Positions 1 to 13,700 of a DNA stretch of 64,000 bases are shown piece after piece. The stretch covers positions 6,882,001 through 6,946,000 of the forward strand of contig NC_081331.1 of assembly GCF_022539665.2 (NCBI RefSeq). The letters are read 5' to 3'. The translations under genes were made by a program, and so were the position numbers. Numbering within the stretch: position 1 is the first letter of the stretch; every line of letters starts with the position of its first letter. A model generated the notes under the pieces. That model worked only from the letters and a program-made list of their open reading frames with translations. It ran no database searches and was not told the origin of the DNA. Source of the stretch: Daphnia carinata. Taxonomy: Eukaryota.

Positions 1-498
1 CATGAAAACAAGAAAAAAACAAAAAAAAAATGAGCGCAAAACCGGTCGCAATTAAGGAACATGGTTAATTAATTATTCAGAGATCTGATGGCTGATGTCG
101 CAACATTGGACTGCTCGTGTCTGGCATCGCAACTTTGGTACGGAACGGCGAAACATTCTTCAAGGTACAGATAAAATGATAATTAATTGTCAACTGCTAG
201 GAGCTGTCGCACTAAATTCAATTAAAAACAAAAATCATTTAGCTACACAAGGGGTGGGGTTAAAAAAAAAAGAACGTGAAAATCAAACGAGTTGGTGACA
301 GCATGGTATGAGGAAGTCAGTGCGAAACAAAGGTAGACAAAGAGGAGCAATAAAATTAATAAAAGCAAAGACAAGAGGAAAAGCTGACAACAACCAAAAG
401 GCGAAAATAAAAGAGAAACAAAAAGAAGATAAAAACAAAACAAAACAAAAGTCGAATAGAAAACGGAAAGGCGAAGATGGAAGAAGGAAAGAGAAGAA

Positions 499-522
<24 letters not shown>
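499..522 (+). repeat. (AG)12 microsatellite downstream of aristaless
   Basis: Directly visible. Confidence 0.9.
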
Positions 523-530
<8 letters not shown>

Positions 531-1700
531 GGCGCCGCTTCCATATAATCCCAGACTTTGATAAGGTGAAACGACCGAAACCGGACTTGGCTCAGCATCA
601 GCAGACAAATCCCCGCCGACAAGTGCATGCATCTGCGCCTTATTTCATGCAGTGATGCAGACAAACAGACCTCTCGGAGGCGGGCGTGCGCGCCGTACTT
701 TTTTTCGTCTCTTCACTCAGAGCTCTTCCACTCAAGTCCTCTCCCCATTCTATATCAGATCTCCTCTGCGCTGCAGACTTCCCATCCTTATTTCATAATT
801 GCATTTCCTCGTTCAAATAATCGAACGACCAGGATGCATAAAATACAACTCGATTACACACATGTCAGCGAAAAGAAAACACGCGCAGACATAAACCAAA
901 AAACAGAAAGAATAAAAAATTTTAAAATAAAAATAGATAAATTGAATTTTTAACGTGTTGTGTGCGCGCGGACACGACGCCTAGCTGTTCCATCAACCCC
1001 TTTCCGCGTCACTTTTAAAAAGTGAATGTGAACGAACGCGGGTGTTGATGTTCTATACGTTTCTCTTTCTTTCAAGCGTAGCACCTGGAGCTTCGTTCTC
1101 TTCTTTAATTGAGGCAATCAACTCATCGACAAAGTGGCCATTTACCGTTCGCTTTCGAAAAATAAGAAAAAAAACAAAATGTATTGAGAGAAACGTTTAT
1201 CAAAAGGAACATGAGTGGCGAGCAGGAAACGATGACATAACTTTGAAGAGAAACAAAAAAAATAGAGGAAAGCGCTGCAGCGATTCTAATGCTAATATTC
1301 ATGTGAAATAAGGTTCTTAATCGTTAATAGCTCGCCATCTGAATCTGAAATCGGCAAAGGAGACAAAACACAAAACAAAATCCAATGTACAAGAAGAACA
1401 CGCGGAAATCGGAAGGAGACACGCAATCCAATACAAATTAGTTTCAATTCAAAGAGATAAAAAAAAATAAAAAATAAAAATAGATAAACCAAAAAGCGTA
1501 ATTTTTTTGTTTGTTTAGTTTTGAGCTAAATTATAATTTTTTTCAAAAAGGGAAATACTTTAATGGGAAAAATGGAAATGAAAAAAAAAATGAAATTGTG
1601 AGCAAATTGGCTTTAGGCGATGCGCAGCTCGTGTCAAGAAGGCGATTTTTTCGCAAAAGGCTTCCCCCCATAAATAATTATTGCGTGTGTGTGTGCGTCT

Positions 1701-4700
1701 TCAGCTGAGCAAATCGGTCCCGCTCTTCCGCATCATCTCAATGCGGAGTTCATGCTCCCGGGCTTTCAAACGCAAAGCGGCTATACTGGAGGCTCTGCGA
1801 TCCAACTCACCACCCAAAGGAGAGCTAGCTGCTGGGGGCAGTTCACCATTACCGACGCCACCGCTGCTGTTGCCACAAGCGCTGATACTTTGAGGAACGG
1901 GAGAGCAGCTACTGGCCGGAGCACTCGAAGGGCTAACGGAAGGCGCCGCACCTGGTTGCGCAACCTGTGGCTGTTTGAAGAGAAGGAAAAACACATGAAT
2001 AGCTTGATCATCTCAAGTGATAAAACAACGTCAGAACTCGTTTGCTTTCGTCGAGCGTGCGTTTTGTTGACGATCAAAATATATAATCCTTATCAACATC
2101 ATACAATTGCGAGTTCGCAATCTCGACAAGGTCGCCGACTTGCTTATTCTTCTTAATTTTCCCACGCGCAAAAAAACAAACAAACAAATACAGTCGAATG
2201 AAAATCAACTACCTGCTGAAGAGAAACCGGGTGGTGAGACGGAGGTGAAGCCAACGATGTCAAACCAGTTGGCGACGTTGACTGGTGCAGTGTTGACAGT
2301 CTGCACAGCAGCGATTGATAATCGTTCGGACACAATTCGCTGGCTAATTTCGGTCTTTGATTGGAGAGCGAAGCCAAAAGGGCCTGGAACGAGTGGGCCG
2401 CCATCGACGGGTTGGGTTGGCTGTAAACGGAGTTCACCAGCGGATGGCGGTAGCCGTGAAGCGCCGAACCGAAAAAGGGAGAAGCGATGCCGGGTGATAA
2501 ATAGCCCGGAGGCATACCGGATAGGCCGTGCAAATTTGCCATCGTCACCGGAAGGCCGTGCACCATGGGCGAGGTCGGCAGATTGGGTAGGCGAGTTAAG
2601 AAATCCAACGATTTGCGCGGCATGTACGGATGATTGGAACCGAGATGAACTGGGAATGGATGCGGCCCGCCAAGCGAAACCGGAAGAGGTAACGATCCGG
2701 CCCCGCCGTTGGAACCAGAAGCCGAGCCACCGGTGCCCAGTTGATGAGTATGGTGATGGTGATTATGCAAAGTTGGCATCCCATTCGCTCCTCCAGCTCC
2801 GCTGGCCGTAGCACCGTATGGGCTGTAGGGATGTCCTTGCGGACCCACTTTCTCCTGTTTCCTCCATTTCGCGCGCCGGTTTTGGAACCAAACCTAAATC
2901 GCAACGTTTTTTTAAATTTCAATTTTCAATAAAAATTTTTTTTTTTTTTTACAGCCTATTAAAAATAATATTGATTTTATGCTGTTGTTTAGATATACGA
3001 AGCTCTCTTAACAGCTGGCATAGGTTTAGATACGATTCTTTAATGCGCCCACGTGAACAAGTTGTTCAGGAAATTATCTGAGAGAGTCGACATGAATTAG
3101 ACCCAAAAACACTACGTTGCAGTTGTCTTTCGAGTTCATTGGAACCCGGTTAGATAGAGTCGTGTTTGGCTCGTTAAAAAAGAAAAAGAAAAAAAAAAAA
3201 AAAAAAAAGGGGATCAAATTGGAATGCGTGCAGGAGGCTACCGCGAGAGCTATTCTATTTATCTCTTCTATTTGATTACTCCCTTCGTTTAAAGTGAACA
3301 AATTGGTCCTAGGAGAAGAACAAAATCACTCTAACCATGACCGCTGTGTTTGAAACCGCGCCTTTCTGATAAAACCGGAAAAAAGTTGCTGATCATGCTG
3401 GACCAATTATTAGGCGGATCGCGACGTAAAGCCGTTTGGAACATTCCGAAAGTCAATCAAAGTTTTTCTTTCACGTTCTTTTTTTTTTCGCTGTTATTGT
3501 CTTAGCTTTAAAAAGGAAAAAATTCAAAACCGAGATGATCGTAAAAAAAAAAGTAAATAAAAAATAAAAACCCGTATTGTTATTATTCGATATTACAGCA
3601 GCTGCACGTCAGATTGAGAAGGCAAGCGTACATGACGTAAACATCGACATTATTATTATTATTTTTTTTTTTTGAAAGTCCATTTTACGTTACGGATAGT
3701 ACAATGGCGATGGTTACATGTAGATTTTTAAAACTAAAGAGAGACAATAGAGAAAAAAAAACAGGCTTTTCTTACCTGAATTCTAGCTTCGGTCAGCCCA
3801 ATCTTCATCGCTAGTTCTTCCCTGTAACACGAAACGAAAAGAAAAAAAATGTATGATTAGTTAATCCTTTTTACATACGTTACGAGACCGGTAATACTGC
3901 TAATGGGTCATGCTTGGTTGCCACTTAGCCAGTCAAGAGTCAAGTGATCGAATTTCCCATTCATAGATGATAGATTGACACGATAATTGACACGCAAACA
4001 CGACAATGCCAACAGCCAATTGTTACCAACACATTTGCATACCTTGTGAACACATCCGGATAATGAGTGCGAGAAAAGGCCTTTTCAAGTTCCTCTAATT
4101 GATAGCTAGTAAAAGTGGTGCGGTAACGTCTTTGCTTCCGCTTAGGCGTAAACTCATCGGGATGATCGCCGTCACTTCCGGCCGCGTCGCCATCGCCATC
4201 GTTATCCCCGTTGCCTAATCCACCTTTACGCGATTCGTGATCAGCGTCGTTGGCGTCTTCGTTGGACGCCGTGCTATTCAGATCGTCACTGGTGACATCG
4301 GAGGAGATGTTCCGCTTGCCCGAATTGTTCCTCGACTCTTCCGATTGCAAAGACGGATGTATCCGGCCGTAGCTGGTCGATGGATGATGAGCCTTGCCAA
4401 TGAGGCCCGAAACTCCCGACATGTCGTCACGCAATCGAAAATCAGGAACCGATTCAGCTCGCACTGCGGAATCTTCCATCGAAGTTGGTGCTGATTTGTC
4501 GTAAATCCCCATGTTTCTAGAGGAGCCGGCTAAAAATGGCCTTTCGCAGCCTTCGTCACTCAAACCTAAAAACATTTACATAAAATTAGCATATGACGTC
4601 CAGACCATCCGCCTTTTTACACCCCACTTACAATTATGTCCACAAACCACTAACACAACGAGAAATGACATTGAAAAGGAGAAGAAGATCGGTACAAACT

Positions 4701-7700
4701 ATAAGGCTTTGTAAAACGTAGAAGAGTAACTCAGAGAGCCGTCTAATCGAACACAATAACCACAAAAGAACAAAAAAGAAACACGGGGAGGGAAAGAGGC
4801 AACGGCCGTGGAAGATTAATGTGGGCCGATGAGGGGAGAGCGGAATCAATATCTGTGGCGCCACATCCATTCAAGGCGACATGCTGATAGGTGACGGACT
4901 GATGGGCCACTTTTGATGGGCCGCTTTAGCCTTAGTTCTTTGATACTATCGCACATGACGATGGTACCGTCCGACACAAGAAGCTTTTTTTTCTTACCCC
5001 GACTAGGGTAAGAGAAAAAAAAAAAAATAAAAACAACTTAACACATTTGTTAAGCAATAAATCACTTCTCAGTTCAAAATGTTTCTTGTTTGTTTTTTCT
5101 TTCAAATAACCTACTTTCATTTTACCTTGAAAATGAGGTGCTAATAAAGCGCAAGCAACTTGATTATAGACTCGCTCTTTGCCAAAACTTTCTTTCTCAC
5201 GTCAACATTAACGAAGCAGCAGACCACAAAAAAATGACAATAAAGCAAATGGCACGTGGCATACTAATCACTAACCGGTATATCTCTCACTCGAATTATT
5301 ACCACGTTGCGCGTAAAAAACTAAACCAAATTGCTTAGGTACGTGCCGCTTTTTTTTAAATATTCCTTGCAAAGCCCCAATTTTTTTTTATCGTGTCGTA
5401 CATGTTAAGCCTTTACATTCTACACGACACAACATCCCATTTCGAACAGTAACACATAGTTAGAGTTAGGCCTAGGCCCATTTTTGAATAGAAACTCTTA
5501 CAATCAATCTCATTAACGTATTCAATCTACATACCTGTTCAAGGAAACTTGATGATATTCAAAGCAGCCGAAAGGGTGTTGCGTTCACCCCAAACTTGAG
5601 AGAAAAATGGGTTGCCACACGAACGCGATAGTAAATACAATAGATGATCAGAAATCGTGCACGTTTCAAAACGTCGAGAAAGTTTGAAGTCTCGCCTCAC
5701 AGAGCTTCGAAAAACAAATGCCTATCTGACGGTGGCGAGATACCAAGACGGACTGAAGCCCACCTGAAAAGCTTCCAAGGGTTCTCCGTTCCAACGAGAT
5801 AAGCCGCCACAAGACTTTGAAAAAACAAAAAAAAGGCGGAGCTTTCCACTTGAGCTGGCTGTCGATTGGTTGCGTTCACCTTGCCTTCGGAGGAGCCAGC
5901 CAGGCACTAACACTTATTGGGGACTGCCGAGTTGATGATTGTTTTCCATGTTAAACCCCCCTCTATGTTTCCTTTGTAACAAGAAACTATGCACACGAGC
6001 GGCGGAAATCCGACAAATACTTTTCTTTTTTCAAGCTATTACGTAAAGAGTAAGTGACAAAATCTTGTGACGAAAAATGCGTAGGGAGGCGTTTAAGAAC
6101 AATTTTCTTTTTTTTTTTTTTTTTTTAGAAAAAAAGAAGACTTTGAAACACACATTAGAAAAAAGGGAGGTAAAGAGATCTACTGAGTTTGCCACGGGGA
6201 CTGTCGGCGATACAATGCAAAACGGAACTGATGGTTGAAAGGAACGGAGGTAAAGCCAGCAAAACAACGGTTGACAAAAATCAAAATCAAGGTCGTTGCG
6301 TCTACATACCGGTGAGAATTTTGTTTCGCAACCCTCTCTTCCTTGTCCCCTGTTACCTAAACCCGTTCCGCCGATACTGAATTTCGAAACTGATTTGTTC
6401 CAAACCAAATGTACGTCTTCGATACAATCAACGTAATTGTAAAATGGTCTGCTCTCCGTGATACTTCACGATTGAATTGGTTTGCATTCCTTTAAAATTT
6501 CGTAAACAAATTTACTTCGAAATGAAATTGCTATTATTACTTCATTTTCCTTTTTTTTTTTCAATGGTCAGGTGTTTAACCTCTCGTCTTGGGAGGCGTT
6601 TTTACTGCAATCAAAGCGATGACCATTAACATGCCCCGGTATTTTTTTTTTTTCTAAATACCTGCGCTTAAAAATGTACTCGTTGGCTTCTGTTGATTTC
6701 GTAATCCTTTTCATAGGCCTTCCTTTCTTTTTTCAATTTTTTTTTATTAGACGCCGCAATTCGTAAGAACACAACAAAGATGCTGTAAGAGACACCTGTT
6801 TGCGAGATAGTCTACGTGTGTATATTTTTTTATTATTTATTATTCTATCGTCGGCACAACGCATAATAGTTTCAATTGTTTACGAATTTCTGTTGTTGTC
6901 GTCGCATTTGAAAAACATAAAGGACCGCCTTTTCAAAAGAGCAGGTGCAAGAGTTAAGCAGGAGGGAATTTATATATAAATAAAATATATATAATAATAC
7001 AATATATATAAAAAAAAAAAAGCCCCTCCTGGAATCTTTGGCCGCTTTTTAGAATAGAACTTGAAGCCAATTACTCAGCAATTATTGTTGCATTAGGAAC
7101 GAAACAGAGAAGTGCTTTGTCCATCTGGCTCTTTGTGGTCTAGACGCACAATCCTTTAACTTGATTACATCTATTGTGGTCAATCTGTTTGTTAGCTCTT
7201 CCATTCAGTCCTCATTTTATTTAAAACAATTTTTTTTTTCGCTCTAAATTAGATTTTTCTTAGAGCTACGGCATTTCATTATGCTGGGTGTTGGCTCTTG
7301 ATCGTTTTCGTCTTCTTTCCGGCATAGGGTTTTTACCGAGAATTTCACTTTTCGGTTAAACGTTCTCCAAATATCAAATTTGAATAGCCTCACTGAACTA
7401 CGTTGATCCAATTGATTGTCGCATTTTTTCCCCCCTTTTGTATATACCGTAGAAGCGGATCTCAAGCTCATCGGACGGTGGCAACGATTCGGACTGAAAG
7501 CCCTAGTTTGCTGAGTAAGTCAATTGCCGACAACGATGTGCAGTTAATGATGGAAAAGAAAGGAGAGGAGAGCAAGAAAACCGGAGAATTCTACGTATTT
7601 CGCGGGCTGAAATTTTGGGTTATTGTTAAACGTTCTTTCCAGAGAATTGGGCTCTCATCAAATCTCAGTATTACACAGGGTCTTTTGTTGTGCTGGAACG

Positions 7701-10700
7701 ATCATCATCTTTTGCGCAGAAGGCGAAGCTTTCGTATAGTCACCTGGCAAATTATTGTTCCCTTCATTACCTGCGTCTGCAAGAGCTTCACGAGTCACTT
7801 CAGATACGATCACTTTAAGAAAGCTAACAGCAAATAAAACGGGTATGAATTTCATGCCGGTTTTTTTAAAATAAGGGCAATTTCCTATGAGGAGCTGAAA
7901 GAATAAAAGGGGTGAAACATGCGCACCAGTATAAACAATGGCCGTCCATTAACATAAAAGGTGTAAATACTCTGAAGCGCAGCTGACTTGAAAAGATAAC
8001 CATCGGGGCCAGTGCGAACAGTTCCACTGTTTATCCATTATCCCCCCCCCCCCTTTTTTTTATTCTTTATTTATTTTTTTCAAATTTGATATTTCACTAT
8101 GCTATGTAGTCTGTCAAAGAACTAAGTATAGTTATTAAGAGGCTATAGCAAAAGGGTGGTTTCATTGGCGACCGTATAAGCCTCGCCACTAATGCTCTGG
8201 CATGATATTTGGCAGTGATTGAAAGAAATTTCCATTCACTCGCCGCATGTTTCATAATTACCCGGTTAAAAATAGCTTACTTAAAGGGGCTGGACTGTAA
8301 GGAAAAGTCATAACTTTTGTCGAGCCACAATAACAAACACGGGTACAAGCCCTCGGCTTAAGGACGCCAGTTGCTCTCTTCTGCAGAGGAATCACGCCGC
8401 GAGGGATGTTAGTCTCGCCTTTTGGACCCTTCCAACAGCGTCCAGACTTGGAGAAGCTACTTCATGGCGGGCTCCTCCCCATTTTGTCTTTTTTTTTTTT
8501 CTTCGCTGGGAGTTTGAGAATCATCGACCTACTAGGTATAATTCTTAGGGTTTTTTTCTTCTTCTTCTCTTTCTTTAAGAGAGAAAGGCTAAATGGTGGG
8601 TTTCAATGGAAAATATGACTGCTGCGTTTAGTGCGTGCTGTGCCGAGCCCTTTCCATGTCAATAGGGTAATTAGTCGGTTATTATTTCCTACAGCTTTTT
8701 TTTTCTTTCGAACGCAGAGCAAGCTATTTGGGAATTTCCGTGTTATCCTAACATTGCTTCCCCCCCCTCCTTTGAAGCCATATTCACTATTCATGTCGGT
8801 TAACACTTTTTCAAGGAAATTTAGTAATGACAACAGCATATATCAACAATTGTACGCATTAGTTACGCTAGATATGGGCCATCTTTCTAAACAAAGGCCT
8901 GGTTTGTAAAAAAAAAAAAAAAAGGCATAAAAATAAAATACCCTGGAAACAAACAAAAAAAAATGAATAGAGCAACTCTTGATTCATAAATCTTCGTAAC
9001 GTGAGTTGTTTTTTTTAACGTAGCCTTTTTCTTAATAAGCTTTTGTTTTTTTTTTAAAGTTATTTTAAGAACGCACAACAGCGATGAATACATCTAAAGG
9101 TTTTGCCAGCCAGTTACATGTAAAAAAAATAATAAACTAAGTGGAAAAGCAAACACACAAATTATGGGTTGACGTGTTTCATGTGCAGCAGATTGGGTGT
9201 GTCGTATTATGAGTCAATGTGTTTTTCTTCCAAAACTTTCGTTGTTTTTTTTTTGGAACTCTTAAATAGTTAAACTATCATTCGCAATGGTTGGCGCACG
9301 AAAGAATGCCTGTCGGCCATTTAGCTTAATCGTTGCGCGCAGATCAACTTCAAAAACAAAAAGGAACTATAACCTTGGAAGGTAAAATAACATTAACAAC
9401 AAAAAGGATTGGACTTGGTCATAATATACCAAATCAAGTCGTTTAGTAATCTTGTTTGTTTCCATAGGAGAATGTTGATTAGTGAATCGTGGAGGAAAGG
9501 AAACAAACACAAAAAAAAAAAAAAAATTCCGAAATACAAAAGGTACATAAACGCCCCCTCCATTTTGGTTAGCTCTGTTATTCTTCATTGGTAATAACGG
9601 TTGGGCTTTAGTGACGTACCGTGTTGAGCGTGCACTTTGCCTTTGATTGTACATCTTTACCGAGTCTGTCGTTTACATATCTGTCAAGTTCGGCAAGCGG
9701 CTCCAATGACATGATAACCACATCAAATAGACATTTCGAAGAGAGGCAATAAAAAAATCCAATGGGAAAATGGCTAAACGTCAATTTCTTTTTTTTTTTT
9801 TTGGAGGCCCGAAAAAGCAACAAAGAGAGCAAGGGTATTATTTTAATAGTTTGTATACGCTCGGTCATCGGTTGATAGCGGCAACTCCTTTCCAAAGATT
9901 TCGGCTGATTGTTCTCGCTGTTATACGTAGAAAAAAAAAAGGGGGGGGGGGCTACGGCGGATATAAAATCCATTTCAAATATAATTAGTTAGGCCTAAGG
10001 GTTCATTGATACCGCAAGCAACAAAAGATTGGAAAGTGCGTCGTGCAGCAATTGACTTGCCCGTCGGACTGAAATACCCAATAAATAGAAAACAATTGAT
10101 TCTAAATCCGGAAACTCTTCTTTTTTTAGAAAATATGCAAATTATGTTGCCTAATTTTTTTTTCTTTATACCTGTTAAAGAGAAGCGAATAGTAGAAGCG
10201 AGTAGAATACAACAAATTAGAATGTTCTGAATAATCAACACACTTGAAATAAGGGGACACATGTAAAGCTCTTTTTTTTTTAATCTCCGGCGGATGTGTA
10301 GCCTACAGACCGCAATTGTACCATATACAAATCCCTTGCATAGCTGAAATTTGATCTGACTGAAATAGGCTTCTGAAAGTGCGCTCCTTTTCCATCCGTT
10401 ATCGGATGTGCACAAATATATTCGACTTTCCAATGTTATACACTAGTTGGACTTCGAGCGGCAACGGTCCTTTGAGGGAGTTAACGAGCCGACACGTTGG
10501 AGATAAAAATCTGAATCCATGAATGAAATTACTCATCAGTTTCATTAGAAAGGTACGCATCGACAAGGCAACCAACGCCCGTCGTCCAATGAATAATTTA
10601 ACCCTGCTTTTTTTGGGGGAAATAAATTCATCAACAGGCGTTTGTTAAGAATAAAAAATAATAATCAATTGTATAAATATACATCGGCTGGAGTGGAGGG

Positions 10701-13700
10701 ATTCAGAGTGTCACCGTTTGTTTTTTGTGTTTTTCGTTTTCCCTGTATTTATATCGTGACTGCATCTCATTGTTGCGGATAAGTTGTTCAGGTGGTTGTT
10801 GAAAGAAAAAGCTGCCAACAAATCATCATTGTGTGACAGTTTTGACAGCTAACTCCGCTGAAATTAACTCCCTTTTAATGGCCCCAACGTCGAGGATGAA
10901 TGAGTCGACTGCAAAGCGGTACCGTTCATTTTTCTGAGTCGGCGCACAAACTTCCCCCGGTTTCCCCCACCAATTAACCAGAAAGAAAAAAATGTAAATA
11001 GAATGGAATGGAACTTGCGAGTGGCTTTGGGCCGTAGAACATAAAACGTAAACGTCCGGCCGTTAATTGCTCACATATAAAGAAATCAGCTAATTAGCAG
11101 GGACTTTGTCTACCGCTCGTTCATAACTACCCAGAATACATAATAAGCACCCCTAGTCTATTGTTTACCCGCCAGCTTTTTTAGAATCCCTTCGCCACAT
11201 CCGCTGACGAGAGACTCCTGTAGCTCTCGCACTTGCCTTTTGTTTTTGTTTAACTCTATATTACATGAACGTTGCACAAGGCCAGTCATAGATCAAAAAA
11301 CACAATCGCTCGCTGCTTCTTTCTACCTGCCCTAGAACGCAGCTGATGATACATAACAAGGAAAGCTGATTTGCTTTGCCAACTAGATATACAAGAGGTC
11401 AGACCATACAGATCTGCAAGCCGAAGGAATTAGTAGAGAAAATGAATAACAATCGACCAGGTATTCATAATAGCTTACAAGGGCAAAATCTCTTCTTCAG
11501 CAGCACTGATTCATTGGGTTCCCTGTTGAGTGGCCAACAGGCAAAAAAAAAAAAAGAAAAATAAGTCGCCTGCTGTTTTTGGCTTCCGAAACAACTGATA
11601 CTTAATGGCCCTGTAGCTAACAGTGAAAAAACTTGGCATGAGTCGGCAAAACGGGCACAAATGCCGACAGCACGGTATACTGAAAGAGCAATTGCCGTGG
11701 CGATTGCTTTTCGACATCGATTGAAAGAAACTCACGATCTGTTTTAGGACCAAAGGGAGTGTACATTTCCATTGTAATATTCATCAAATTAATTGAAAAG
11801 AACTACTTTTTTTTTACGGTTTTGCCTCAAGTACGTAATAGGGCAAATTAAAACGAATAAAAGTATTACACGAATAATGATTTTAAAGAATTATGGAGGC
11901 TAATATAAGTGCGTAGGCTCCATTGCAGCACATTTTATAGGCCGACAGAGACAATTGCTTGGTCATCAGACCAATACGATAGACAGATAAACATTACCCT
12001 GGCTGCCTTGAGACGGTTACACGAATGCTTGACATTTGTTTGAGAGGTTTACTAGGTTAAAACACTAGATAAGGACAGTAAGAAAAAAAAAGAACTTCCG
12101 ATGACACACAAGCGTTGATGATTCCGAGACATTTTCGTTATCGGTAGACAGCATATATAAGAGGTCTATGGGAGAAGGGGATATGTTTATACGGTATTAG
12201 AAAGGTGGGCGTACGTCAGGCTGGAAGGTATACCAAAAAAAAAAAAGGAAAGGGAAAACTTAACCTATTATTTTGAAACACTGATAAGGGAAACATGGAA
12301 AGAATACCTAGACGATTTTTATGCATCGGTCATGCACTGACAGAAACCTGTCGTAGATATTCTTCGATTTTGATGGTAATAGACCACCCATCATTTCGAC
12401 TATCGGCTCCTGCATTGAATTCCTTAAGCTTTTTCTTTCGACCCTTAGGCTGCAGCCTTTTTTTTTATTTTTTCTTGCCCTCTGTGGGTCCCACAGACGA
12501 TCGCCGTTCAGTTTCGGATGGGTGAGGAGTTCATCACTCAAATGGATCAGGGAGTTTATCTATTTGCTTTAGACGAGTCACTGTAGCTTTATTTCTTTTT
12601 CTTCTCCCTTATTCAAAACCACTAAAATGACGTAACCGTGTGCTCTCCTCCCACCACACTCCCTCTCTCGTTTTTTTTTAATGTAACGTGACCACATATC
12701 GGGTGGCCAAAGGAATCTTCACAAATTCAATTCGTGAGCTCAATGCCTTAATCCATCTGCTTCCTTAATGGGCTCCCAATTACCATAAGTTTTTTTTTGT
12801 TTTGTTTTAATAGTTACTTTCGACCGAATACAATCTCGCTGGCTTGATTTGTGAAACAGATATTCACTCTCCATTGCGTATATCTGCTTTTAACTATATT
12901 ACCGCAGGCATAAACACACACACAAAAACGTGAAAACAGACTGGTGACGGGATATTAATCTTTGTTCCATTGGCGAGACGCTGGCCGACTTGAAAACGGT
13001 AAAAGAGCGTACATAAGATTTTAAGAAAAATTAATCGAACCCCCTTTCCTCCTAAAGTGATATTAGCATAATGGTTAAATTGCATCCGATAGCATTCCAC
13101 CTACTACTCCAAAGTTACTTAACACAATATCAAAGAAATTCATGTTTTTTATCCCAAGTCGTAAATGTCGGTATCGCATACGATATATATTTTTTTTAAC
13201 TGGATCTTGGCTACTGTTGATTGCTATAATATTAGTGGTCCAAGGATGGCGAACCCTTTTTTTTTAAGGATAAAGAGAAAATAAAAATCTCATTTGGAAT
13301 GAACGAACCGCGTTCGTTTGGCGAAACACCTCGGTGAGTGTAGCAGCGCGTAAAGCTATTCCTTTTCTTAAAGATAATGTTCTTCCACTTGTTCTGGTTT
13401 GTTAAAAATGAAGAGTGAGCAAAGAGCTTGTGGCTTCTGCCTGTATAAGGATATGGCCACCCTCTTGATATACAATTGCACAAGAGTACAAAGCACGCGG
13501 AAAACAAACAAATTTCAACACGTCTTTTTCCCGTTTGTAGGGAGGACTGTTTCCTACATGCGACCATCATTGGTACCCATTTGTAATAGTAATGCCAAGT
13601 CAACTATTAAACAGAACTTTTAGGTAAAAAAAAGGCGTACATCTATTAAATGTAACAGCCAGCAAAATAAAACAAAAATGGGCTATCGCTGTGTAGGGCC

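Noticed and set aside
243..664. Overlapping K/R-rich and F/L-rich ORFs of 100-130 aa
   Set aside because: Products of A-rich sequence and the (AG)n tract downstream of aristaless; no splice or domain evidence.
2107..2811. 234-aa plus-strand ORF
   Set aside because: Antisense shadow of GC-rich aristaless exon 4; TTG start and no recognisable domain.
1701..4565. Identification of the homeobox gene as Rx (also octapeptide + Q50 homeodomain + OAR)
   Set aside because: The residues [34 protein letters not shown] and the following KQEKVGPQ are aristaless/Arx-type; Rx has HRRNRTTF and SHYPDVYSRE.
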